DNA of 49,085 nucleotides from Myxococcota bacterium. GTDB taxonomy: Bacteria; Myxococcota_A; UBA796; SXON01. The position numbers and the translations under genes were made by a program. Positions 1 through 10,443 of the stretch are shown here, piece after piece; within the stretch, counting starts at the first letter, position 1; the number at the start of each line of letters is the position of its first letter. The notes below the pieces were generated by a model that worked only from the letters and a program-made list of their open reading frames with translations, did not search any database and was not told where the DNA came from. Where the stretch lies: the NCBI GenBank assembly GCA_040386535.1, contig JAZKFH010000053.1:71513-120597 (forward strand), in the 5' to 3' direction.

Positions 1-101
1 CCAAGACTCTCGAAATGAGCCGCCTCCGGATCGCCGGTCTTGCCGGCGGGTTTTGGTAACCCGCCGGCAAGACCGGCTACGCTCCCCGTTCGGAGGCTCC
101 G

Positions 102-1136
<1,035 letters not shown>

Positions 1137-1231
1137 CGGGGCGGCGGCGGCGCCGCGTCGATCTTGACGATCAGAGAGAGCCACAGGCGCCGGGCACCGC
1201 CGCCGGCGCCGGTCGCCCAGACAAGAGAGAG

Positions 1232-3244
1232 CTACGCCCCGATCTCGCCCATCTGCAGCGCCATCTCTTCGAGCTTGCGAATGCGGTCGCGCAGCTCGGC
1301 CGCGCGCTCGAACTCCAGCTGGCCCGCCGCGGTCTTCATCTCGGCGCGGAGCCGGCGGATCTGGCCGGGGATCGCCTCGATGGTGACGCCCGGCATCGTC
1401 GCGAGCTCCTTGGCGTTCTTGGGCACCTTGACGTAGTCGGCGTCGAGCAGGGCGGCGAGCGGGCTGTCCATGTTCTTGATGATGGTCATCGGCGTGATGC
1501 CGTGCTCGTCGTTGTAGGCGATCTGCTTGGTGCGGCGGCGGCTGGTCTCGCCGATGGCGAGCTCCATGCTGTCGGTGACGCGGTCGGCGTAGAGGATCAC
1601 GCGCCCCTCCACGTTTCGGGCCGCGCGGCCGATGGTCTGGATGAGCGACGTGCCGCTGCGCAGGAAGCCCTCCTTGTCGGCGTCGAGCACGGCGACCAGC
1701 GCCACCTCGGGCAGATCGAGCCCCTCTCGCAACAGGTTGATGCCGACGAGGATGTCGAACTCGCCCATGCGCAGCTCGCGGAGGATCTGCATGCGTTCGA
1801 GCGTGTCGATGTCGGAGTGCAGGTACTTCACCCGCAGGCCGAGCTCCTGGTAGTAGTCGGTGAGCTCCTGCGCCATGCGCTTGGTGAGCGTCGTGACCAG
1901 CACGCGGTGGCCCTTGGCGACGGTCTCGCGGAGCTCGGCGAGCAGATCGTCGACTTGCGTCGCGGCGGGGCGCACCTCGATGATCGGATCGAGCAGTCCG
2001 GTGGGCCGGATGACCTGCTCCGCCACGATGCCCATGGCCTGTTCGAGCTCGTACTTCGACGGGGTGGCCGACACGTAGATGGCCTGGTGGACGTGGTGGT
2101 TGAACTCCTCGAACATCAGCGGCCGGTTGTCGAGCGCGCTCGGGAGGCGGAAGCCGTACTTCACGAGCGTCTCTTTCCGCGCGCGATCCCCCTTGTACAT
2201 GCTGCCGATCTGCGGGACCGTGGCGTGGCTCTCGTCGATGACCAGCAGCCAGTCGCCGCGGAAGTACTCCAGCAACGTCGGCGGCGGCAGGCCCACGGGC
2301 CGCTGGGTGAGGTGGCGGCTGTAGTTCTCGATGCCGTTGCAGAAGCCGAGCTGCTCGATCATCTCCAGATCGAACACGGTGCGCTGCTCGAGCCGCTGGG
2401 CTTCGAGAAGCAGGCCCTTGGCGCGGAAGTCCTCCAAACGCTCCTGCAGCTCCGTGCGGATCGAGTCGATCGCGCGCTGCATCTTCTCCTTGGGCGTGAC
2501 GTAGTGGCTGGCCGGGTAGATGCAGATCTTGTCGAGCTGGGTCAGCTTGACGCCGCGGAGCGGGTCGATCTCGGAGAGGGCCTCGACCTCGTCTCCGAAC
2601 AGCTCGATGCGGTAGGCGCGCTCGCTTTCGTGGGCGGGGACGATCTCGATCACGTCCCCCCGCGCGCGGAACGTGCCACGGTGCAGATCCTGCTCGTTGC
2701 GCTGGTACTGGAGCTCGACCAGCTTGGCGAGGAGCTGGCGGCGCGGGATCGTGTCCCCCACCTCGATGGGGATGACCATGTCGTCGTACGCTTCGGGTGA
2801 TCCGAGGCCGTAGATGCACGACACGGACGCGACGATGATCACGTCCTTCCGCTCGAGCAACGACCGTGTGGCGCTGTGGCGCAGCTTGTCGATGTGCTCG
2901 TTGATGAGGCTGTCCTTCTCGATGTAGGTATCGGAGGAGGGGACGTAGGCCTCGGGCTGATAGTAGTCGAAGTAGCTGACGAAGTACTCGACCGCGTTGT
3001 CCGGGAACAGCTGCTTCATCTCGCCGAAGAGCTGGGCGGCGAGCGTCTTGTTGTGCGCCATGATCAGCGTCGGCCGTTGGTACGCCTGGATGACGTTGGC
3101 GATGGTGAAGGTCTTGCCGGTGCCGGTGGCGCCGAGGAGCACCTGGTGCGCCTGGTTGCCGTTGAGCCCCGCCACGAGCTGGGCGATGGCGGTGGGCTGG
3201 TCCCCGGCGGGCTTCATGTCGGTGGCGAGGCGGAAGGGGGGCAT
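1232..3244 (-). CDS. uvrB: Excinuclease ABC subunit B
   Basis: GDQP, Walker A GATGTGKT, beta-hairpin [37 protein letters not shown]-terminal UVR motif [11 protein letters not shown]. Confidence 0.98.
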   Translation of the reverse strand: MPPFRLATDMKPAGDQPTAIAQLVAGLNGNQAHQVLLGATGTGKTFTIANVIQAYQRPTLIMAHNKTLAAQLFGEMKQLFPDNAVEYFVSYFDYYQPEAYVPSSDTYIEKDSLINEHIDKLRHSATRSLLERKDVIIVASVSCIYGLGSPEAYDDMVIPIEVGDTIPRRQLLAKLVELQYQRNEQDLHRGTFRARGDVIEIVPAHESERAYRIELFGDEVEALSEIDPLRGVKLTQLDKICIYPASHYVTPKEKMQRAIDSIRTELQERLEDFRAKGLLLEAQRLEQRTVFDLEMIEQLGFCNGIENYSRHLTQRPVGLPPPTLLEYFRGDWLLVIDESHATVPQIGSMYKGDRARKETLVKYGFRLPSALDNRPLMFEEFNHHVHQAIYVSATPSKYELEQAMGIVAEQVIRPTGLLDPIIEVRPAATQVDDLLAELRETVAKGHRVLVTTLTKRMAQELTDYYQELGLRVKYLHSDIDTLERMQILRELRMGEFDILVGINLLREGLDLPEVALVAVLDADKEGFLRSGTSLIQTIGRAARNVEGRVILYADRVTDSMELAIGETSRRRTKQIAYNDEHGITPMTIIKNMDSPLAALLDADYVKVPKNAKELATMPGVTIEAIPGQIRRLRAEMKTAAGQLEFERAAELRDRIRKLEEMALQMGEIGA

Positions 3245-3277
3245 GGTGCCCCGCTTAACCGGGATCGGTACGGATGT

Positions 3278-4084
3278 TCAGGTGCTCGAGGTTGCCAGCA
3301 GCTCGGCAACCGTCGCGACGGTGGCGACGCGCTCGATCCAGGCGTCGAGCGCGGGCATCCCGGCGGCGCGAATGAGGGCCACCTCCTTGTCCGAGGGGAT
3401 CAGGCCCCGGGCACCGAGTACGGCGAGCAGGGCGGTTGCTTTGCCTCGGGCCTCTCCGCGGGCCTCTCCGCGGGCTTCTCCGCGGGCTGCTCCGCGCGCC
3501 TCCACCGCCCGAATCGCCGGGCTCCCACGCGCAACCAACGCCGCAACCACCGCGTTGTCGGCCGCCGCCGCGTCGAGCAGCGCGCGCACCGGAAGCGGGC
3601 GTACGAAGCACGGATCGTCGATCGACGCGCTGTCTGGGAGCGGGCTCCAGCTGTCGGTCTCGGCGGACCACTCGACCACGCGCCGATGGCGCACGACGAT
3701 GCAGAACACGCGGCGCACGCCACGTCGGACCAGCTCACGCGCCTTGTCGCCCGCGTCGTCGAGCGGCTGGGTCGAGGCGACCTCGAACGCCAGCTCTTCG
3801 AGCTTGCGCCCGCCCGTGACGGGATCCCGTTCGGCGGGGAACACGCTCGCGTCGGGGGCGAAGTTGGAGTCCATGCTCGTGCGCGTCAACATGTCGACGG
3901 CGCCGACAAAACCGGCGGTCACGTGGGCGGCGAGGACGTAGGCGAGGGAGAAGTGGGCCGTCGCCTCTTGCTCCTCGGCGGGCGGCAGCTGGATGAACTT
4001 TCCGCCGACGAACTCCACGCGGGAGTTCTCTCGGATGAAGTGCTCGTCGACGTGAAAGGGACGGTTCGGCCAGGAGGGATTCAT
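3278..4084 (-). CDS. Uma2 (DUF820)-family PD-(D/E)xK endonuclease with Rpn-like C-terminal helical tail
   Basis: RVEFVGG...PP...H start, FAPDASV...LAFEVAS core, (RGEA)n then 'LDAWIERV..V.ELL' tail. Confidence 0.8.
   Translation of the reverse strand: MNPSWPNRPFHVDEHFIRENSRVEFVGGKFIQLPPAEEQEATAHFSLAYVLAAHVTAGFVGAVDMLTRTSMDSNFAPDASVFPAERDPVTGGRKLEELAFEVASTQPLDDAGDKARELVRRGVRRVFCIVVRHRRVVEWSAETDSWSPLPDSASIDDPCFVRPLPVRALLDAAAADNAVVAALVARGSPAIRAVEARGAARGEARGEARGEARGKATALLAVLGARGLIPSDKEVALIRAAGMPALDAWIERVATVATVAELLATSST
3443..3503 (-). repeat. 12-bp tandem repeat encoding (ARGE)n
   Basis: About 5 imperfect units of cgcgggcctctc. Confidence 0.8.
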
Positions 4085-5103
4085 GATCCCGTAGTACTAA
4101 CGCCGATCCCTTCCACGTCATCAACACCCGGCGCCGACGCCACCTTCTCCGAATCCTTCTGCCCCGCCCGCCACGCCCGCAGCCGCTTCCCCTGGTGCCC
4201 GCGCGTGTTCCCGCCGAAGCGCCACGCGAGGTCGACCGTGTTGAGCAGCCACGCGCCGGGCACGGACGAGATGCCGCCGCCGACGCGCAGATCCACGTTT
4301 CGCCAAGAGAATTGCCACGCGAGGCTCGCGGTGTAGGTGTCGGTGATGGGGACGAAGCCGGACTCCTCGGACACGAACCGCTCGGCGTAGTTGGGGTAGC
4401 GGCTCCACGCCCAGAGCACGGCCTGGCCCTGGAGGATGATGCTGTCGCGCCGGTTGATACGGAAGTCGGTGGCCGCGCGCAGGGTGACCGCCTCGACGCG
4501 CACCTCGTAGGCGAGCTTGTCGGAGAGGTACTGGAGGCTGGCGTCGGAGGGCAGGTTGCCGGCGTAGTAGGGCTCTACGGCGTCGGCGGTGACGGACAGA
4601 TCGGGGGCGCCGATGGCGGCGGCGTAGGTCCACTGTGCCCCGCCGTGCAGCGACCACGCCGGCGTCACGATGACCGAGACCGTGCCGCCCGCGGTCACGT
4701 AGAGCGCGTTCATCGTGTCGGTGCGCATGTGGCCGAGCGAGGCGTTCACGGCGCCGTCGAAGGAGTCGCCGAGCTGCAGGAGGTTGAGCTTGAGCGCGAG
4801 GTTCGGCATGCGGACGGCGTCGAGAACGGGCTGCGTGGAGAGCTGCACCCCGGGGAACAAGGCGATGCCGACGTTGCCGATGCCGACACGCACCTCGCCC
4901 CAGTCGAGCGTGTACGCGGTGAAGTCGGTCTGGCCGCGCGGGTTCGGGGGGAGCGACGCCCACGAGGGGCGCGAGCCGTCCTCGGGGAGCTGGAGCGGGG
5001 CCGGCGGCGGCGGGGCCCACGGATCCACCTCCGCCTCGGTGACGATGGACTCGACGGAGGTGGGGGCCCCGGCGAGCGCCGCGGCGAAAAGGAGCGTGAG
5101 CAT
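4081..5103 (-). CDS. Exported hypothetical protein, probably an outer-membrane beta-barrel
   Basis: Start MLTLLFAAALAG after GAGGGGG; amphipathic beta-strands (LAWQFSW, DLAWRFGG); ATGA overlap with the Uma2 gene. Confidence 0.65.
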   Translation of the reverse strand: MLTLLFAAALAGAPTSVESIVTEAEVDPWAPPPPAPLQLPEDGSRPSWASLPPNPRGQTDFTAYTLDWGEVRVGIGNVGIALFPGVQLSTQPVLDAVRMPNLALKLNLLQLGDSFDGAVNASLGHMRTDTMNALYVTAGGTVSVIVTPAWSLHGGAQWTYAAAIGAPDLSVTADAVEPYYAGNLPSDASLQYLSDKLAYEVRVEAVTLRAATDFRINRRDSIILQGQAVLWAWSRYPNYAERFVSEESGFVPITDTYTASLAWQFSWRNVDLRVGGGISSVPGAWLLNTVDLAWRFGGNTRGHQGKRLRAWRAGQKDSEKVASAPGVDDVEGIGVSTTGS

Positions 5104-5194
5104 GCCCCCCTCTCGGACCGCGCACGCTCCAACCTGAGCGCCGGACCGCGAATACCCGGATCGCAACCTGGGATGCGTCCGCTAAGATGACGTG

Positions 5195-6349
5195 ATGCGC
5201 CTCGCCCTCCCGCTGCTCGCCCTCTCGCTCGCCGCCTGCAACCCGCTCGACACGGGCTTCCAGAAGCCCGACACCGACGAGCCGGTCGACACGGGTGAGG
5301 ACACCGACACTGACACCACGCCCATCGACACGGCCGACACCGACGGAGATCTCGACGACGACGGGTTCACCCCCGAGGAGGGCGACTGCGACGACGCCGA
5401 CGTGCGCGTCTCCCCCGCGCGCGAGGAGGACGACGGCGACGCGAAGGACAACGACTGCGACGGGCGCACGGACGAGGAGTGGTCCGGGTTCGACGTGGGG
5501 CGCGTGGACGCTGACGGCGTGGGCTCGATCATCACGCTCGACACGATCGGCCGGGACGACGCCACGGTGACGCTCTCCGCGGGCTGCTACCCGCTCTGGC
5601 TCGACCATTACGCCGACGGGTGGGCAGTCAACGCCGATAGCGTGTCGGTGGCGACGGTCGCGCCGGACGGGACGTGCACGATCATCGGCGACTTCTCCGA
5701 CGCCGAGGTGTACGAGTACGGCGTATGGGGCATCGCGACGATGCCGGACGGCTTCGGGCTCGACGGCACCGTGCTCGCGACCACCCTCGGCACGCTCGAA
5801 GGGGTGTCGAGCGACGGTACGGTGACGACGCTGGCGACGTGGGTCCTGGACCTCGAGGACGTGGCCGCCCACGAGTTCGCCGCCGCCGCGGTCGCCGTGA
5901 ACCCCGCGAACGGGGAGGTCGGCCTGTTCGACTACTTCGGCGGGTTCGGCACGTGGACGGCGGCCGGCGGCCTCGTGGTGCACCGCAAGGGCGACTACGA
6001 GAACCCCACGCTCCTGACCACCTCCGGGGCGCATCGCGACGGCGGCGGCTGGTACACGCAGGGCACCGACGCGATCAGCGGCGCGCGCGGCATCTACAGC
6101 TTCGATCTCGCCGCCGGGGACTGGGTGCTCGAAGAGGAGTGGGACGCCACGTCCGACTGGGCGCCGCAGCAGGTGGCGATCGACGGTGACTCGGGCGACT
6201 GGTACCTGACCGCGAACGTGGGCGGGATCTTCCCCACGGTGTACCGGATCGTGGAGTCTTCGGGCTACGCTGCGGACTTCTACCGGATCGACACCGATTA
6301 TGCGGGAGACTTCTACGGAATCGCCACGAACTACACCTATGGTGGATGA
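5195..6349 (+). CDS. Lipoprotein with acidic linker and putative metal-binding (MopE-related) motif
   Basis: Lipobox LAAC; DLDDDGF...GDCDDAD...SP..E...DNDCDG.TDE motif; beta-rich remainder. Confidence 0.8.
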   Translation: MRLALPLLALSLAACNPLDTGFQKPDTDEPVDTGEDTDTDTTPIDTADTDGDLDDDGFTPEEGDCDDADVRVSPAREEDDGDAKDNDCDGRTDEEWSGFDVGRVDADGVGSIITLDTIGRDDATVTLSAGCYPLWLDHYADGWAVNADSVSVATVAPDGTCTIIGDFSDAEVYEYGVWGIATMPDGFGLDGTVLATTLGTLEGVSSDGTVTTLATWVLDLEDVAAHEFAAAAVAVNPANGEVGLFDYFGGFGTWTAAGGLVVHRKGDYENPTLLTTSGAHRDGGGWYTQGTDAISGARGIYSFDLAAGDWVLEEEWDATSDWAPQQVAIDGDSGDWYLTANVGGIFPTVYRIVESSGYAADFYRIDTDYAGDFYGIATNYTYGG

Positions 6350-6905
6350 CCCGGCGTTTCCGCTGTGGAGCGGGGACATCGGCATCCGCCCCTTCCACGA
6401 GCACGAGGCCGCCGCCTTCGTCGAAGCGGTGCGCGAGTCCATCCCCGACCTCGCGCCGTGGATGCCGTGGGCCCACCCCGACTACTCGCTCGACGAGGCC
6501 CAGTCGTGGATCGACGACACCCGGGGCTCGTTCGACGCGTGCACCAAGCACGAGTTCGCCATCTGCGATCGCGACGATCTCCTCCTCGGCGGGGTCGGCA
6601 TCAACCTGCGCAACGACCTGCACCGCACCGCCAACCTCGGCTACTGGGTGCGCAGCTCGGCCTCGGACCGGGGCGTGGCGACGACTGCCGCCCGGGCCGC
6701 CGCCGTCTTCGGCTTCAAGTCGCTGCGGCTCCAGCGCCTCGAGATCCTCGTGGTCGTCGCCAACGCCGCCAGCCTGCGCGTGGCCGACAAGCTCGGGGCG
6801 CGGCGTGAGGGCGTGCTCCGCAACCGCCTCCGCATCTACGATCAGCCGCTGGACGCGGTCATGCACTCCCTCGTGCCGGAAGACCTGGGCTTCCGCACCG
6901 AGTGA
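6339..6905 (+). CDS. RimJ/RimL-type GNAT N-acetyltransferase
   Basis: LAPWMPW, ANLGYWV, RGVAT, N.ASLRVA.KLG..REG.LR motifs. Confidence 0.9.
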   Translation: MVDDPAFPLWSGDIGIRPFHEHEAAAFVEAVRESIPDLAPWMPWAHPDYSLDEAQSWIDDTRGSFDACTKHEFAICDRDDLLLGGVGINLRNDLHRTANLGYWVRSSASDRGVATTAARAAAVFGFKSLRLQRLEILVVVANAASLRVADKLGARREGVLRNRLRIYDQPLDAVMHSLVPEDLGFRTE

Positions 6906-7090
6906 GCGGCTGCGACTCGCCCGCCGCGATCCGCCCCCCGCGCGCCGCGTGCCGCCGGGATCCCGGCGCCCCATTCCCCCCGCGCCGCGCCGCCGCGATC
7001 CCGCCCGCGCCGCGCTCGCCGGCCCTGTCGCCGCCGTGGTACATCGCTTGCTGTGCACTCGATCCGATGCCCCTCCCGATGCCTCTCCGG

Positions 7091-7246
7091 ATGAGCCGCC
7101 GCGGCCAGTCCACCGTCGAGCCCATGCTCGCCGTCACGGGCGTACTTTTTGTGCTCGTGCTCGCGGCGTACGTCCGGCAAGACGCGTTCATGGCGCTGGT
7201 GGCCGCCATCGCCGAGTGGATCGCCGTCCGCGTGGAGCTGCCATGA
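7091..7246 (+). CDS. Flp/TadE-like pilin (class III signal peptide)
   Basis: MSRRG|QSTVE plus hydrophobic helix; ATGA overlap with the next pilin. Confidence 0.7.
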   Translation: MSRRGQSTVEPMLAVTGVLFVLVLAAYVRQDAFMALVAAIAEWIAVRVELP

Positions 7247-7404
7247 TCGACCGCCGCAACCGCCGGGGCCAGTCCATGGTCGAGTACGTGCTCGGCATCT
7301 CCGTCATCGTCATCGGGCTCGCGGCCGGCTTCATGGCGTTCGGCGAGGGCGTGAGGGACGTGTTCCACAACGTTCGCACCACCGTGCAGCAGCCGTACCC
7401 GTGA
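7243..7404 (+). CDS. flp: Flp family type IVc pilin
   Basis: MIDRRNRRG|QSMVEY, hydrophobic helix, 53 aa; hidden at the end of shadow ORF 6346..7404. Confidence 0.85.
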   Translation: MIDRRNRRGQSMVEYVLGISVIVIGLAAGFMAFGEGVRDVFHNVRTTVQQPYP

Positions 7405-7907
7405 TGCCGCCCGTGATGCCGCCGTTCGGCCCGCCCGACGTTGTCCTGATCGCGCTGCTGCTCGGCGCCATGTGGACCGACTGGACGACCGGCAAGATCA
7501 AGAACGTCCTCACCTTCCCGGTGATGGTCACCGGCGTCCTGATGGCGCCGTTGTTCGCCCCCCACTTCTACGACGGCGCGCTCGGCCTCCTCGCGGCCTT
7601 CGCGGTCGGCGTGGTGCTGTGGAAGTTCGGCGGCGCCTACCACCCCGGCGACGTGAAGCTGGTGATGGCGGCGGGCGCGCTCGTCGGGCCGGAGATGATC
7701 CTGCGCGCCATCCTTCTCGGCCTCATCCTGAACCTGCCGGTGGCGCTGATCGTGCTCATCGCCAAGGGGCGGCTGGGGAACGTCTGGCGCTTCTGGGTCA
7801 AGGGCGAGCGGGAGGTCACGACGAAGATGATCTTCGCCCTGGTGATCAGCGGCGGCGTCATCATCGCGCGGCTCCAGCCGTGGCCGAACCTGTGGGGAGC
7901 TCCATGA
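7404..7907 (+). CDS. cpaA: A24 prepilin peptidase (CpaA/TadV)
   Basis: TD...KIKN.LT and GDVKL..A.G aspartyl motifs, multi-TM, lies among pilins. Confidence 0.9.
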   Translation: MPPVMPPFGPPDVVLIALLLGAMWTDWTTGKIKNVLTFPVMVTGVLMAPLFAPHFYDGALGLLAAFAVGVVLWKFGGAYHPGDVKLVMAAGALVGPEMILRAILLGLILNLPVALIVLIAKGRLGNVWRFWVKGEREVTTKMIFALVISGGVIIARLQPWPNLWGAP

Positions 7908-8092
7908 TCCGTCGCCGCCGCGGGCAGGCCACCACCGAGTACTTCCTCCTCATCAGCGTCGCGGTGATCGGCCTCGCCGTGGCCGCGTACGCCTTCATCC
8001 CCGGCTTCTCGGACGGCGTGACCGCGCTGGGGAGCGACACGAGCACGTTGTTCGGCTCGGGCACGGCCAACGGCAGCGGGAACAAGCGGTAG
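7904..8092 (+). CDS. Flp family pilin
   Basis: MIRRRRG|QATTEY plus hydrophobic helix, 62 aa; ATGA overlap with cpaA. Confidence 0.8.
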   Translation: MIRRRRGQATTEYFLLISVAVIGLAVAAYAFIPGFSDGVTALGSDTSTLFGSGTANGSGNKR

Positions 8093-8164
8093 CAGCGGAG
8101 GGTGCGGTCAGCGCTCGCGCGCGAGATGTCGTAGAATCGCGCTCCCCGTCCCGTCGAGGCCCGT

Positions 8165-8995
8165 TTGAAGAACCCCCGCGCGTTCCTGTTCGCCCTGGTG
8201 GTCGCGCTCGTCGCGACCTTCGCGCAGTGCCGCTACGTGCACCAGCGCGAGCAGGACCTGCTGTACGAGACCGCTCCGATGCCGACCCTCGTCGCGAAGC
8301 GCGACATCCTCGACAACGTGCGGCTGGACGAGACCATGGTCGAGGTGGTCGACGTGCCGCGCCGTTGGCAGCAGCCCAAGGCGCTCACCTCGGGCGAGCT
8401 CATCCGCGATCAGATCAGCGCCGTCCCCATCCTCGCGGGCGAGCAGATCGTCGCCACCAAGCTTGTGACCGCGGACGAGGCGGGCCTCGCGCTCTACGTG
8501 CCGAAGGGCCTGCGCGCCATCTCGCTCGACGTGTCGGTGTTCAACGCGGTCGGCGGGCACATCCGCCCCGGCAACCACGTCGACATCCTCGGCACCTTCG
8601 ACTTCGGCACCGGGGAGAAGTCGGACGTGCGCACCGTCACCGTCATGCAGGACGTGTGGGTGCTCTCCGTGGTCGACGACATCGGCCGTGTCACGACGCG
8701 CGATGTCGTGACCATGCCCCCCGAGGGCCAGCCCATGGTCCAGAAGGAGCCCGGCCCCTCCGAGCTGCTCGGCGGCAGCGCCACCATCACCGTGGGCGTG
8801 CGCCCCAGCGAGGCCCAGAAGCTGGTGCTCGCGCAGCAGATCGGCGATCTGACGATCAGCCTCCGCTCCTTGTGGGAGACGCCGGAGCCCATCGTCCTCG
8901 ACCACGCCACGGTCGCCTCCACGCTCGGCCTCGTCCAGCAGGTGCGGTACCGCTCCGGGCCCCGCTACCGCGTCATCGAAGGGGGTGGATTTTGA
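8165..8995 (+). CDS. cpaB: Flp pilus assembly protein CpaB/RcpC
   Basis: N-terminal TM, SAF domain (LVAKRDI), G.RAISL.V...AVGG.I.PG..VDI, AQKL.LAQ..G.L...LRS. Confidence 0.92.
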   Translation: MKNPRAFLFALVVALVATFAQCRYVHQREQDLLYETAPMPTLVAKRDILDNVRLDETMVEVVDVPRRWQQPKALTSGELIRDQISAVPILAGEQIVATKLVTADEAGLALYVPKGLRAISLDVSVFNAVGGHIRPGNHVDILGTFDFGTGEKSDVRTVTVMQDVWVLSVVDDIGRVTTRDVVTMPPEGQPMVQKEPGPSELLGGSATITVGVRPSEAQKLVLAQQIGDLTISLRSLWETPEPIVLDHATVASTLGLVQQVRYRSGPRYRVIEGGGF

Positions 8996-10443
8996 GCGTG
9001 CTCGTCCGTGGTTGGGCCACCCGCGCCGCCCTCTCCCTCGCCCTCCTCGCCCCGCTCGTGCTCGCCGTGCCGCAGGTCGTGCCCGGCACGCACGCGGCGG
9101 AAGAGGTGGCCGACCAGGTCATCGTCGTCAACACCCAGCAGGCGATCGACATCCCGTACAGCTTCGGCGACGTGTCGGTGGGCTCCGCCGACATCGCCAA
9201 GGTGGTGCCGCTGCGCGAGGCCCGCCAGATCCTCATCGCCGGGCGTGAGGTCGGCACCACCAACCTCATCATCTACAACACGCGCGGCGCGCGGGTCGAC
9301 GAGATCGAGATCACCGTCATCCCGGCCAACCTCGCCAAGGTGATGAAGAACGTCCAGGCGCTGCTCGACGACATCGAGGGCCTGTCCTTCAAGATCATGA
9401 ACGATCGCGTGTACATCCAGGGTGAGGTCAGCCTGGACGACGAGCTGGAGCGCGTCCAGGATCTGGACGAGCGCGAGCCGCTCATCGAGTCGATGGTGAC
9501 GCTCTCGCCCATCGCCCAGCGCCTGCTCGCGTCGCTCATCCAGAAGGAGATCGGCACCCCGGGCGTGAACGTGCGGCTCGTCGGCAAGCAGATCATGCTC
9601 GAAGGCATCGTGCACTCGGACATGGCGAGCAAGCGCGCCGAGGCCATCGCGCGCGCCTACTACCCCGATGTCGTCAACGTCCTGGAGGTGCGCGAGGTCG
9701 ACCGCATCCCCGGCCGCGCCGAGACCATCGTGATGGTCGTGCACTTCGTCGAGCTCACCAAGTCGCTGGTGACCTCCTGGGGCGTGGAATGGACCCCGCT
9801 CGCCGTGAACGGCGGCGTGCAGTTCAACTTCCTCCACGACTTCTTCGACGCCTCCGCCGCCGAGGGCACCGCCGCCGCCACGATCACCTCGCTCCTGCCC
9901 CGCCTGGAGCGCGCCCGCCGCAGCGGCTACGCGCGAGTGCTCGAAAACCCCACCGTGTCGGTCAAGAGCGGCGACACCGCCCACATCTTCTCGGGCCAGA
10001 AGATCCCGTTCGTGTTCATCGAGAACGGCACGCAGACGGTCATCTTCGAGGAGGTCGGCATCAAGCTCGACGTGACCCCGTACGCGCAGGGCTCCGAGGT
10101 CGACCTGAACATCGAGGTCGAGGTGACCTCCCTCGGCGAGGTCGGCACCAACGGCTACCCCGCGATCGACAAGTCGGAGATCACCACCTCGCAGTACGCC
10201 CGCGCCGGCGAGAGCATCGTCATCGGCGGCCTGCAGCGCGTGAGCGACCGGGTGGACTACAACCGCCTCCCGGAGAACGCGACCACGCAGGCCGAGGGCG
10301 TGTTCAGCCTGTACAACGCCAAGGACTACAAGAAGCAGAAGCAGCAGTTCCTGGTGTTCATCACGCCGCAGATCCACGAGTCGTCCTCGACCGCGAACCG
10401 CGAGATCCAGGAGAAGTTCAACCTCCTCGAGGTTCGGCAGTAG
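8992..10443 (+). CDS. cpaC: Tad secretin CpaC/RcpA with pilus N-terminal and BON-like domains
   Basis: VSVG..DIA.V, G...GTTNL, VLENP.....SG..A...SG..IP, GIKL.VTP, GESIVIGGL, LVFITPQI; start is TTG 8992 or GTG 8998. Confidence 0.88.
   Translation: MSVLVRGWATRAALSLALLAPLVLAVPQVVPGTHAAEEVADQVIVVNTQQAIDIPYSFGDVSVGSADIAKVVPLREARQILIAGREVGTTNLIIYNTRGARVDEIEITVIPANLAKVMKNVQALLDDIEGLSFKIMNDRVYIQGEVSLDDELERVQDLDEREPLIESMVTLSPIAQRLLASLIQKEIGTPGVNVRLVGKQIMLEGIVHSDMASKRAEAIARAYYPDVVNVLEVREVDRIPGRAETIVMVVHFVELTKSLVTSWGVEWTPLAVNGGVQFNFLHDFFDASAAEGTAAATITSLLPRLERARRSGYARVLENPTVSVKSGDTAHIFSGQKIPFVFIENGTQTVIFEEVGIKLDVTPYAQGSEVDLNIEVEVTSLGEVGTNGYPAIDKSEITTSQYARAGESIVIGGLQRVSDRVDYNRLPENATTQAEGVFSLYNAKDYKKQKQQFLVFITPQIHESSSTANREIQEKFNLLEVRQ

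Noticed and set aside
6906..7040. Structured RNA upstream of the Tad pilins
   Set aside because: Low-complexity C/G-rich sequence with only short CCGCCGCGATCC repeats; no convincing fold.
8227..8991. N-terminal extension of the secretin ORF
   Set aside because: Arg/Pro-rich off-frame overlap of cpaB; the real start is near 8992.
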